DNA from: an uncultured virus (IMG/VR IMGVR_UViG_3300009152_002325) | Taxonomy: Duplodnaviria > Heunggongvirae > Uroviricota > Caudoviricetes | IMG/VR virus record: IMGVR_UViG_3300009152_002325 | DNA: 64,000 nt | Strand: one strand, 5' to 3' | In this document: one piece after another, positions 8,984-17,873 of the stretch | Position numbering within the stretch: the stretch's first letter is position 1 | How the letters are laid out: each line of letters starts with the position of its first letter | The notes under the pieces: generated by a model | The model's input: only the letters and a program-made list of their open reading frames with translations | Databases searched by the model: none | Told to the model about the DNA's origin: nothing | Program-made: the position numbers and the translations under genes

Positions 8984-9701
8984 GAATCGTTGCCCCCAAA
9001 TCTACTTGTTCAATCTTGTATCCTACATCACGACCATACACAATGTTAGTAATGTTGGGTAGTCTTAATACTAATGCTCCATCCATAAATTCATCTTTAG
9101 CAATATACTCTTTAACCTGATCGAACTTAAGCGGATCTTTTTCACTTGTGTTGTATGTATTACGGACTCCAAGCAGAACCTGATCTGTTCTTTTGCCCGC
9201 CTCTTTGTATAAAGCGTGGTGACCCTCATGCCATGGCTGGTATCTTCCAAGCATTAGAGTTGTTGGTGCAGACCAGTCATGCAGATTAAAATATTTAATT
9301 ATTACAGTTGCTTTTTGTTCAGCAGATAGCCTATGATCTTCAAATGTTGAATCAAATTCTGTTGGTCGCTCAAACATTTTGTTTGTGTCTTCAAAGCGGC
9401 CCTCTTCAATTGTATCCATAAAAATAAGAATGTCTGGCTTTCCGAATGCTGCACGTGTAAGCTCTGTTGGGCAAACAAAATCAACAATGACTGGAGCAAC
9501 ACCTTGTTTAGATATCAATCTGGCCATCTCGCCCATGCGTCTTGCTTGCTCTAATCTATCTTCTGGTGTGAACCCTAGGTCGGAGTTTACTGTAGCACGA
9601 ACCTCGTCTGCATTAAGATGAATAGCGTTAATTCTTTCTTTCAAAGCCTTTGCAAGTTCTGTTTTGCCAGATCCTGGTAGACCAATTATTTGTATAATCA
9701 T
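8940..9701 (-). CDS. cysC: Adenylyl-sulfate (APS) kinase fused to an HxGH nucleotidyltransferase domain
   Basis: GLPGSGKT P-loop, LNADEVR...DLGF.PEDR CysC motif; C-terminal GRYQPWHEGH; start moved to ATG 9701 (GAAAGGA RBS). Confidence 0.85.
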   Translation of the reverse strand: MIIQIIGLPGSGKTELAKALKERINAIHLNADEVRATVNSDLGFTPEDRLEQARRMGEMARLISKQGVAPVIVDFVCPTELTRAAFGKPDILIFMDTIEEGRFEDTNKMFERPTEFDSTFEDHRLSAEQKATVIIKYFNLHDWSAPTTLMLGRYQPWHEGHHALYKEAGKRTDQVLLGVRNTYNTSEKDPLKFDQVKEYIAKDEFMDGALVLRLPNITNIVYGRDVGYKIEQVDLGATIHAISATEKRREMGL

Positions 9702-9720
9702 GGTGTTCCTTTCCACTAAA

Positions 9721-10359
9721 CTATAGTACCATAGGGCTGGGAGCATAGTCAAACTTATTTATTTCCCAAGACCAGTCTTTATATATCTCTTCAATATGTC
9801 TTGGTTTAAAAATATCTACGGGCTTAATGTCTTTAGGCTTGTACATTTTTTCTTTGGCATTAATTACTATTGAGTCTATGCCCACATCATTTAATGTCTT
9901 GTTAATTTGATCTAGGCCATTCTCATACTTATATACATTTTTTGCCATCACTACGTCATCTTTTGCATATATATTCCTTGACTTGTGGCTAGTAATCTTA
10001 TTTAGTATAGTCTTATTACTAAAGTATTTATCTACATCTGATTCAGATGGACTATCTATACCGCTCCAAGAAAATGACATATACATATGAGATAAAACTA
10101 CATCGAATGGGTTTCTTACAAAAACAACGGACTCCGCTTTATCAAGAACCTCCTTGCCCAACAGACCCTCAAGCTCAATGTAAGTGATATGATTATGAAA
10201 GTTATTAAAGTTCCTTGGCTTATGCAATAAATTTTCTGGATAAATTGGTGTAACAATTGCAGAATCATCTAAAACTTGTGATAGCTCAACCTCTAGGGAT
10301 GTGCTACCAACTTTATAATTTTTTAATAGCAAAAAGTTATGCTTTGCTGAATAGATCAT
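9721..10359 (-). CDS. PAPS-dependent sulfotransferase family protein
   Basis: 5'-PSB-like KVGSTS and 3'-PB-like VRNPFDVVLS motifs. Confidence 0.75.
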   Translation of the reverse strand: MIYSAKHNFLLLKNYKVGSTSLEVELSQVLDDSAIVTPIYPENLLHKPRNFNNFHNHITYIELEGLLGKEVLDKAESVVFVRNPFDVVLSHMYMSFSWSGIDSPSESDVDKYFSNKTILNKITSHKSRNIYAKDDVVMAKNVYKYENGLDQINKTLNDVGIDSIVINAKEKMYKPKDIKPVDIFKPRHIEEIYKDWSWEINKFDYAPSPMVL

Positions 10360-10916
10360 TTAATAAACTTGTTAGGCAATATATCTAGCAAAAGATGAAT
10401 TCGCTCTGTGCTTCCATTGTTTTCTACGCTATGCAGGAGGCTGTTATTTATTTCCCAACATTCTCCCACCTTCATGTTTTTGCTTTCTTTATTAACAAAG
10501 AAAAGTACATCTTCATTTGTTGTTATTGGAATGTGGTGCCTTCTAACTGCCCCCAAATAGTCCATTTTATCCGTATGCTCTCCAACATTTTTATTTCCAG
10601 GAAGCTTAATAAAAAGACATTTGCCAACCCTACCATCATGAATTAACTCAAGACTTTTAACAATTGGAGAAACAAGATCAATCATAACTGACTGACTATC
10701 ATTTATTTTTAAAGCATATTTATTGCCGAGGAACCAGTTAGTTGTATGGTCATAAATAAATATAGAGTTGGTTTCTTTATGCACTTCGTATGACATTTGT
10801 CTTTCTTTGTCTACAAACCACTCATCGGAATATTGCAATATGTGATCTGATATTTTTGATACGTCGAACTTCCCGTGAAACTTATAGTTAAATGGCTCAT
10901 CTATTTTGCTAATCAT
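10356..10916 (-). CDS. Asp/Asn beta-hydroxylase-like 2OG-Fe(II) oxygenase
   Basis: HTD...RHHIPI.TN...GECWEINN...HSVEN....RIHLLLD. Confidence 0.85.
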   Translation of the reverse strand: MISKIDEPFNYKFHGKFDVSKISDHILQYSDEWFVDKERQMSYEVHKETNSIFIYDHTTNWFLGNKYALKINDSQSVMIDLVSPIVKSLELIHDGRVGKCLFIKLPGNKNVGEHTDKMDYLGAVRRHHIPITTNEDVLFFVNKESKNMKVGECWEINNSLLHSVENNGSTERIHLLLDILPNKFIK

Positions 10917-11965
10917 CTATGACCAGACTCTAAGCTAGACATTGATGAAACCTCAATGTAGGTAGAATTTTGTCTAAAGTCTAATAGGTTTTCTGATCCA
11001 GAGTAAGATAAAGCGCTCTTTAAGTTGTTCAAAAGCATATTCAAAGAGTACTCTACTGGGCCTTTTGGGCTAACAAAGCCTGAAACTCCTTCAACATATA
11101 CATTTTTTAAATCTTTAACTATGTCTGGGTTATTATCTCTTTGAACCTCCATTGAAGCAGAACCTCTAAATACATGCCTACCGTCTTTGTCAGTATCACA
11201 TTCATCATGACCAGAGAAAAAGGATCCCATCATTACAGCAGAAGCACCAGCAGCCAGAGCTTTTGCAACATCTCCGTTGTTCTTAATACCTCCATCAGAT
11301 ATTATTCCATTTACATTTTTTATATCAATTCCATCATAAACATCCATAACAGATGCAAGGACTGGGACCCCGAATCCTGTAACAACTCTAGTTGTGCATG
11401 CTGCACCACCGCCTATGCCGACTCTTACTGAATCTGCACCAGCATCCATTAAGCTTTTATAAGCCTCATAGGAAGAAACATTTCCAACCATAATGTGCAC
11501 ATCAGAATCTACTGTGCTTCTAAGCTCTCTTACTGCGTCAACAACAATTTGTAAATGCCCAAACGCAACCTCCAAAAGCAATACTGTTACTCCAAGATCC
11601 TTTAAGTCTTTAATGCATCTTGCATCCCTAGACTCTTCAATAGATATGGCAAAGCCAATTAAATTTTTATCGACATTTGCAGGGATTGTCTTTAGCCTAT
11701 TAATTCTTTCTTCAAAGTTAGCGTACCTTGGCAGGATTGCCATTCCGCCAAATGATGTGACCTTTTCTATCATAGAGTTACTTGTAATAAAATCCATAGG
11801 AGCCATAATTATAGGGGCTTTTAAATTAATAAAAGCTTCTGGTCTAATTGGATTTCCAATTACAGTATCTAATTTTATAGCACCTCTTGTTATTATGTTA
11901 GACTTTTGAGGTACAAGAAGTATGTCATCAAAGCATACTGATCTAGTGTTTGTATCTTTTCTCAT
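10913..11965 (-). CDS. IMP dehydrogenase/GMP reductase family protein, no CBS domain
   Basis: FDDILLVP, APMD, GIGGGAACTTR catalytic Cys loop, SDGGI, VMMGS, FRGSAS, EGV. Confidence 0.9.
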   Translation of the reverse strand: MRKDTNTRSVCFDDILLVPQKSNIITRGAIKLDTVIGNPIRPEAFINLKAPIIMAPMDFITSNSMIEKVTSFGGMAILPRYANFEERINRLKTIPANVDKNLIGFAISIEESRDARCIKDLKDLGVTVLLLEVAFGHLQIVVDAVRELRSTVDSDVHIMVGNVSSYEAYKSLMDAGADSVRVGIGGGAACTTRVVTGFGVPVLASVMDVYDGIDIKNVNGIISDGGIKNNGDVAKALAAGASAVMMGSFFSGHDECDTDKDGRHVFRGSASMEVQRDNNPDIVKDLKNVYVEGVSGFVSPKGPVEYSLNMLLNNLKSALSYSGSENLLDFRQNSTYIEVSSMSSLESGHR

Positions 11966-12228
11966 TCATCCTCCTTCAACTCATGTCTTTTATTAAACTT
12001 TATCCATGATCCATAATGAATATTGATAGATGGAGATAGGCCATTTTTTATTGCTGTTAAAATATCTAGATTAGGATTTTCTATATCCCTGGTTGCTAGA
12101 TATTCTTGGCCAGTCTCCATGTCTATCAATTTCCATTTGTTAGGACACTTGGTATATATTGTAACAGTTATAGGGTAATCATATTCTTTAGCAGAAGTTC
12201 CGTCTAATAGTTTTCTATATTTCCCCAC
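11962..12228 (-). CDS. Hypothetical protein
   Basis: 88 aa, TKCPNKWKLIDMETG. Confidence 0.7.
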   Translation of the reverse strand: MGKYRKLLDGTSAKEYDYPITVTIYTKCPNKWKLIDMETGQEYLATRDIENPNLDILTAIKNGLSPSINIHYGSWIKFNKRHELKEDE

Positions 12229-12239
12229 ACTGTCCCCTT

Positions 12240-12752
12240 TTAAGCAGACAATATTTTTGACAAAGCATTGATGGTTGCTGCAATTCTTCCGATATCACGC
12301 AATTGCTCAACACTGTACCCCTCTTGCTTCAATGTTTCATAATGTGCTTTAACACAAAAATGACACTTTCCAATTATGGAAGAAGCCAGTGAGTATGCTT
12401 CGAACTTAGCCTTTGTGGTTCCACCGTGAGATGAAATGGCATTCATTCTCAATTGTGCTGGCAGCCCTTTAAGATTAGCATCGTCTGCCATCTCTATAAA
12501 GGGATACCACACATTGTTTTGAGCCATGATAGATCCAGCAGAAAGAGCAGCATTTTTTTCAACTTCATTTGTTGCGCTTGCTACAATAAAAGAAAGTAGT
12601 TTTGCGTTCCCTGTAGCAAAAGCTGCTGCGATTGCAATATATGTTGCATCATCAGGATCAATAGTAGACCTATTAATAACGGCATCCAGATTTAACTTTA
12701 TATCTTTTGCATAATCTGGAATTGATTCTTTAAGCTGTTCTACCCATGTCAT
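12240..12752 (-). CDS. ahpD: Alkyl hydroperoxide reductase AhpD
   Basis: PDYAKDIKLNL, MAQNNVWY, CHFCVKAH (CxxC..H); TAATG-coupled to ahpC. Confidence 0.93.
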   Translation of the reverse strand: MTWVEQLKESIPDYAKDIKLNLDAVINRSTIDPDDATYIAIAAAFATGNAKLLSFIVASATNEVEKNAALSAGSIMAQNNVWYPFIEMADDANLKGLPAQLRMNAISSHGGTTKAKFEAYSLASSIIGKCHFCVKAHYETLKQEGYSVEQLRDIGRIAATINALSKILSA

Positions 12753-13288
12753 TATAGAGTTTCTCCTCCGAGTGGTCTGTTGCAAGCACATAGCTCACCA
12801 GTTTGTAGTGCATCCAAAACACGTAAAGCTTCATCTGCATTACGTCCAACATCTAGGTTATTGCATGTGACATGCTGGATAACATTATCTGGATCGATAA
12901 TAAATGTTGCACGATATGTTACGCCAGATGGATGGTGCACACCGAGATCGTTTGCTAGTGCATGTGATGTGTCTGCAAATGACCATGAGTTTGTCTTCTT
13001 TAAATCTTCATGAGCATTTCGCCATGCGACCTTACAGAATTCATTATCTACAGATCCAGTTAACAAAACAGTGTCTCTGTCATTAAAATCATTTACTAAT
13101 GCATCATACGCAACAATTTCGGTTGGGCATACAAAAGTAAAGTCTTTTGGATAAAACGCAATAATTTTCCATTTGCCTGGAAAAGAATCTTGTGTAATTA
13201 CTTCAAATGAGGAATCATCATATGACAATGCCCCAGGTTTAACTCCAGTAACAGCAAAGTTACCTATCTTATCTCCTACAGTTTTCAT
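12752..13288 (-). CDS. ahpC: Peroxiredoxin AhpC
   Basis: FYPKDFTFVCPTE and GELCACN, actinobacterial three-Cys type. Confidence 0.95.
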   Translation of the reverse strand: MKTVGDKIGNFAVTGVKPGALSYDDSSFEVITQDSFPGKWKIIAFYPKDFTFVCPTEIVAYDALVNDFNDRDTVLLTGSVDNEFCKVAWRNAHEDLKKTNSWSFADTSHALANDLGVHHPSGVTYRATFIIDPDNVIQHVTCNNLDVGRNADEALRVLDALQTGELCACNRPLGGETL

Positions 13289-13321
13289 TTATTCTCCTTA
13301 TATAAGTTGGATATTCATCCG

Positions 13322-13394
13322 CTGGGGGTATAGGACTCGAACCTATGGCCTAGAAGTTAACAGCTTCCCGCTCTGCCGACTGAGCTAACCCCCA
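13322..13394 (-). tRNA. tRNA-Asn(GTT)
   Basis: Cloverleaf: TGGGGGT/ACCCCCA acceptor, loop CTGTTAA, TTCGAGT T-loop. Confidence 0.92.
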
Positions 13395-13397
13395 TTG

Positions 13398-13470
13398 TGT
13401 CCCCAGATGGTTTCGAACCATCGACCCGCAGATTAAAAGTCTGCTGCTCTACCAACTGAGCTATAGGAAC
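13398..13470 (-). tRNA. tRNA-Lys(TTT)
   Basis: GCAGA-CTTTTAA-TCTGC anticodon arm, GGTTCGAAACC T-arm. Confidence 0.93.
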
Positions 13471-13478
13471 ATTTCAAG

Positions 13479-13550
13479 CACCCCTGGCTGGATTCGAACC
13501 AGCGGCCAACAGATTAGAAGTCTGTTGCTCTTCCTCTGAGCTACAGAGGT
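13479..13550 (-). tRNA. tRNA-Arg(TCT)
   Basis: ACAGA-CTTCTAA-TCTGT anticodon arm, GGTTCGAATCC T-arm. Confidence 0.92.
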
Positions 13551-13553
13551 ATA

Positions 13554-13886
13554 TTAAATATCAAAGTCTTCAATGTTATCTAACGGAACGATTCCTTTTC
13601 TTTTAGCAATTTCGTATCCCTCTAGCGTAAAATTAAATGTAGCATTTAGATTTTCATCATATTCTACCTGCATTAAATCATTATCCATTAAGTCAAGCAG
13701 CTCTGCATCTATGTATTGCTCGTGAGCTTCCCATAGATCTGGAGCTAATTCCCGTGTTCTTTCTTCATTCAACTCAAAAATTGCTTCCCCGTCTGAGGTA
13801 AATCCAGCAATTCTTATTGCACCTATATCTAAATAATGTTGAATTTTATCCATTATTTCTTCTTCATCATCAAACTCATCGAACAT
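13554..13886 (-). CDS. Acidic hypothetical protein
   Basis: 110 aa between tRNAs. Confidence 0.75.
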   Translation of the reverse strand: MFDEFDDEEEIMDKIQHYLDIGAIRIAGFTSDGEAIFELNEERTRELAPDLWEAHEQYIDAELLDLMDNDLMQVEYDENLNATFNFTLEGYEIAKRKGIVPLDNIEDFDI

Positions 13887-13898
13887 ATTTCCCCCTTG

Positions 13899-13972
13899 TG
13901 CAACAGGTAGGACTTGAACCTACGATTACCGAATTATGAGTTCGGGGCTTTAACCAACTAAGCTACTGTTGC
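13899..13972 (-). tRNA. tRNA with CAT anticodon (elongator Met or Ile2)
   Basis: GCAACAG/CTGTTGC acceptor, CCGAA-CTCATAA-TTCGG; lacks the initiator GGG/CCC stem. Confidence 0.88.
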
Positions 13973-13981
13973 CTAGTTGAA

Positions 13982-14230
13982 TTATAGTATTTTACTATCA
14001 GTTTTGTCAATAGATTGCTCAACTATTTGCTGAACATACTCTGAAAAGTGCTTTCTAATACTTCCTGGTGGCCTGTGACCTATATCAGACCATACTCTTT
14101 TATATTCATGGATGTTGTCAAACGTTGTTGGGCAGACTAGAACTCCACCATATTCTTTTAGCCTTGTTGGAAGAGGTACGTGCTTACTGCAACACTTACA
14201 CTCTTTAGCTTTTTCTTGATATATGCTCAT
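13982..14230 (-). CDS. Hypothetical zinc-binding protein
   Basis: CKCC...CPT. Confidence 0.7.
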   Translation of the reverse strand: MSIYQEKAKECKCCSKHVPLPTRLKEYGGVLVCPTTFDNIHEYKRVWSDIGHRPPGSIRKHFSEYVQQIVEQSIDKTDSKIL

Positions 14231-16017
14231 ACTATTTCCATTCCACTTAGTGCATCAGAAAGATCTCTTGGCATTGGAGAAGGTGCTCTAATTAGATTAG
14301 GGCTATCTACGACTAAAGATTCTCTATATTGTTTTTTGACAGATGAATAATCGTGCACCTCTATATCTCCGAATGCCGCTCTAGTCAAACTAATTGCATT
14401 ATAAATAGATCCACAAACTGCGTCAGCTAAGTCCTTTGAACCTTTTCTAGGGTGGTCAACCTTATCACGCATAATTCTTAGCTCTAGCAGTTCATCTACA
14501 AGAAGTGGTATGTGTGGTCCGTTTAATCTTTCTTCTAATACAACCATCGCCATATCGTCGTAATGCTTTTTAGCTACAGATAAAGTTTCCGTATTAATGC
14601 CGTATTGCTTTAGCTGCTGCATCATATCGTGAGAGTTCCATCGGTCAAAGGTGCATATTCTAATGTTAAACCCTCTTGACCTTAAAGACAAAATGTAATC
14701 TCTTACTTCACCAAAGTCTACTGACTTATCTGAAGTCGGCGTCCAATACATTACTGCATCTACTTTAACTATTGGTGCTGGCTGAGAATAGGTATCAGTA
14801 ACCTTTACGCTAACAAACTTTTCAATATGGGCCATAGACACAGCACAGTGGTCATGCTTTTGGGCTAAGTCAACATGGATAAAGTATTCTTTATCTTCTT
14901 CTGGCTGAAACCACTCTTCAAATCTTCCAAACCCATCTACGGCTATTGAGAGATCATTAAATGCCATCTCAATTTTTTCACGAGATTTAAAGAAGGCATC
15001 AATTGCTTCTGGTGGCATGCAAGCAAATCTTCCTAGTGCATCTGTTACGTCTCTATAGAATGCAATTTTAAAATCCTCAATGCTTCTTGTGGGGTTAACT
15101 TCCCAGGTTGGTCTGCGGATAGCATAAACTCTAGGATACTTGTAGGAAATGATTTGATCCTCATCCCAGAAAATTTCAAATTCATTTCCAACGGTATGGT
15201 CTGGTAGTTCTGGATCTAGCTTAAACTTATGTGACCTAGATATAATTTCTTTTTCAGATATAATATCTTCATATCTTTGCTGGATATAATCATTCTTAAA
15301 TCTTGGAAAGGATAGAAGGATTACTTTGCCGTAATCTGGGAAACGAGAATCTACAGAAGCCCTGTACATATCATAGATGCCGCTTGCTGTTTTTGCTTGA
15401 TCGTGACCGCTTGTGCTGTCTAAAGCAAAGCCAGAGATTTCATCTAGCACCGCAACAAGAACGTTGTATCCTTCAAATGCTTCTCTTTCTGAGTGACCAG
15501 AGTACACAGTTACGTTCTTATCAAATTTAATTTCTGAAGCTTTTTCAAAGTACTTGCCAGCAAACCAAGGGGAGTGTGTGACTCTATTTTTAAAGCCCTT
15601 AAAGAAAACGTTGTTTGCTTGCTGAGCATTAATAGCAATGTTAATTATATCGATTGAGTCTCCAGGAGGCTTACCATAATAAGATGCTGGGTCCTTAAGG
15701 CATAATAGTAAATATACTATATAGGCTACAGATATGGTAGAGCAATAATCTTTACCGCTGCCCTTACCTAATTGTGCAACAACTTCATTGGCTGTCTGCT
15801 TATATCTTACAGATCCTTCTAATTCACCAAATAGTTTAATTAAAGTTGATTCTTTATATATCTGAGATGATTTTTCTATAAGAGTATACTGATGATCAGA
15901 TAAGCTTGGTAATCCTAAGTAATTCTTATCTGTTACAAAAGTTTTAAGATCTACTGGTCTTTCATCAAACTCTTCGCCATCTAAGATATCAATGAGGTCA
16001 TTAAAATCAAACTCCAC
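14227..16017 (-). CDS. terL: Terminase large subunit
   Basis: LGKGSGKD Walker A, VLDE Walker B, LLSFPR motif III, HVDLA and DHP..GSKDLADA nuclease motifs. Confidence 0.92.
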   Translation of the reverse strand: MEFDFNDLIDILDGEEFDERPVDLKTFVTDKNYLGLPSLSDHQYTLIEKSSQIYKESTLIKLFGELEGSVRYKQTANEVVAQLGKGSGKDYCSTISVAYIVYLLLCLKDPASYYGKPPGDSIDIINIAINAQQANNVFFKGFKNRVTHSPWFAGKYFEKASEIKFDKNVTVYSGHSEREAFEGYNVLVAVLDEISGFALDSTSGHDQAKTASGIYDMYRASVDSRFPDYGKVILLSFPRFKNDYIQQRYEDIISEKEIISRSHKFKLDPELPDHTVGNEFEIFWDEDQIISYKYPRVYAIRRPTWEVNPTRSIEDFKIAFYRDVTDALGRFACMPPEAIDAFFKSREKIEMAFNDLSIAVDGFGRFEEWFQPEEDKEYFIHVDLAQKHDHCAVSMAHIEKFVSVKVTDTYSQPAPIVKVDAVMYWTPTSDKSVDFGEVRDYILSLRSRGFNIRICTFDRWNSHDMMQQLKQYGINTETLSVAKKHYDDMAMVVLEERLNGPHIPLLVDELLELRIMRDKVDHPRKGSKDLADAVCGSIYNAISLTRAAFGDIEVHDYSSVKKQYRESLVVDSPNLIRAPSPMPRDLSDALSGMEIV

Positions 16018-16543
16018 TGACTTCCTCGATAATCTCTATGGGCTCAACAATTCCAGTAATTTGAGACAAACGTTTAGCAACTTCCATCTTACACTTGGGG
16101 CATGATGCTGTTACTTCTTTTAATATTCTTACTAATACTTCTTGTTTTCTTTCTGACTCTGCAATCTGTCCCGCAAGTTCTGCGTTATCAAGCAGTCCAA
16201 CTTCTTGAAGCATTCCAATTCTTTTTCCTTCAATGTCAGCAATTAGCTTTAGCGCTCCAGATTTAACACTGAGCTGTCCAGCCTGATCTGCATCTTCAAC
16301 TGTCTTCCAAGCTTCTTTAATAAGCATTGCATAGTGTTGGTCTGCGCCAGAGATAGCCTCCTTAGCACGTTCACGAGCTGATGTGTCGTTATGTACGACG
16401 TTCTTCCACTCATCTATCAACCCAATAACATCTGCCCTCTTAAGGCCTGTTAGGGTAGCAATCTGGGTGGGGTTGTTTCCTCTAAGTAGCTCTTCAACTA
16501 CTTTGTTCATGCGATCAAAATGATCAGCTAATTCAATTTCCAT
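16007..16543 (-). CDS. HTH protein, probable terminase small subunit
   Basis: N-terminal HTH (PTQIATLTGLKRADV), helical body, immediately upstream of terL. Confidence 0.65.
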   Translation of the reverse strand: MEIELADHFDRMNKVVEELLRGNNPTQIATLTGLKRADVIGLIDEWKNVVHNDTSARERAKEAISGADQHYAMLIKEAWKTVEDADQAGQLSVKSGALKLIADIEGKRIGMLQEVGLLDNAELAGQIAESERKQEVLVRILKEVTASCPKCKMEVAKRLSQITGIVEPIEIIEEVSGV

Positions 16544-16560
16544 ATGACTTTATTATACTT

Positions 16561-16902
16561 CTAGTCGACTGAAATAGCAAATTCCTTAGCAACCTTTAAT
16601 AATATAAGGTACCCAATAAGGTCGTCGATATCATTATCTCCTGGATATTCTTCACCCTTAATTAATCTATTTAGTTTATCATCAATTCTAACGTATAGCT
16701 GCTCTTTTGGCCCCGCCTTTGAAAATATACGAACTGGGTCCAATGCGGAGTTCCCATAGGAAATATTCTTTTTAATAAGCATGTGAGCAATTTCAAGGCA
16801 AGTATTTAAAATTTCATGTCCTGCTTCAGTGCCAACTGTAAGCATATAAAGATCATCATACCTAAACTCTTTTGAATCTTCAAAAACTGGGGTTAGCTTC
16901 AT
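16561..16902 (-). CDS. DUF1599/nucleotide-modification-associated domain protein
   Basis: KKNISYG...VRIDDKLNR...DLIGYLIL all-alpha motif. Confidence 0.7.
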   Translation of the reverse strand: MKLTPVFEDSKEFRYDDLYMLTVGTEAGHEILNTCLEIAHMLIKKNISYGNSALDPVRIFSKAGPKEQLYVRIDDKLNRLIKGEEYPGDNDIDDLIGYLILLKVAKEFAISVD

Positions 16903-17039
16903 TTAATTAAACCTTTTTCTTTTAGAGCTCTATATATGGTCATAACTGTTACGCCACATTCGCTAGCAATTTCTTCCATACTTTTTCTCTGTATAACATA
17001 TCTTCTATGCAACCAGTCTTTATTCTTGTACAATTTCAC
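16899..17039 (-). CDS. Small HTH DNA-binding protein (46 aa, not in ORF track)
   Basis: GTG start; KLYKNKDWLHRRYVIQRKSMEEIASECGVTVMTIYRALKEKGLIK*; 4-nt overlaps on both sides. Confidence 0.8.
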   Translation of the reverse strand: MKLYKNKDWLHRRYVIQRKSMEEIASECGVTVMTIYRALKEKGLIK

Positions 17040-17602
17040 CTCTTTGTCAACACTTCATTTGCGTAATGGGCAATACCAAAACTATCTGCCACATCAAAAT
17101 CAACTACACTTAATCCATACTTCTTATTAAAGTAATCAGCAGTTCTTTGCTTTCTCATATTACGTAACTTATTCTTATACCATGAATCAGCATATCCTGG
17201 ATTCAATAATCTTATTGCTTCCTTCTCATCTTTTGTTGGATTCTTATTTCCAATATGAGCCTGCCAAGCACTAGGGGATATAGTAATAACGGAAGCGCCA
17301 GTAGACATAAGTTCAGCAATAACAACACCATACACATAAGACAATTTTATCACAGCATCAGGTGATCTGACAAGTATTGCTCCTTCAACTGCTATATAAT
17401 CTGATTTTAGTTCATCCAGCATTAGTGCAGTCTTTACTTTGGCATCATAGATTTTTTCATATATATCATTTCCAACTATATTGATCTTGCCCCATTTTAC
17501 TGGCCTGTTATCTTCAATTAAGCAGAATGCAACAGATGAAGTAGATGCATCAATTCCAAGCACCCTACTTGCTTTTGTTTTAGCTAATTTGGCCAGAGTC
17601 AT
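17036..17602 (-). CDS. RuvC-like Holliday junction resolvase
   Basis: VLGIDAS, IAVEG, DVADSFGIA acidic tetrad. Confidence 0.85.
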   Translation of the reverse strand: MTLAKLAKTKASRVLGIDASTSSVAFCLIEDNRPVKWGKINIVGNDIYEKIYDAKVKTALMLDELKSDYIAVEGAILVRSPDAVIKLSYVYGVVIAELMSTGASVITISPSAWQAHIGNKNPTKDEKEAIRLLNPGYADSWYKNKLRNMRKQRTADYFNKKYGLSVVDFDVADSFGIAHYANEVLTKR

Positions 17603-17873
17603 TTAGCATCCTCAAAACTTTTTCTTTATCTGAAGTAGAGATACTCTTATCACACTTTGCACAAACTGTTGAGGTATTATATCTACTTAGACTAGAGTTG
17701 CACTTCTTACAGTGTCTTTTTTGTCCAGATCGAATAGCTTTTTTTTCATAATACTTTTCCATGATTTTTTTATTTGTAGCCACTCTGCAGCATTCGTCAG
17801 AGCAATACTTTTGATTATGAGTTTTTGGAGTAAACTCTTTATCATTTAAACAATCTGAATTAGCGCATATCAC
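17580..17873 (-). CDS. Cys-rich zinc-finger hypothetical protein
   Basis: C..C, YCSDEC, CKKC, CAKC. Confidence 0.75.
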   Translation of the reverse strand: MICANSDCLNDKEFTPKTHNQKYCSDECCRVATNKKIMEKYYEKKAIRSGQKRHCKKCNSSLSRYNTSTVCAKCDKSISTSDKEKVLRMLNDSGQIS

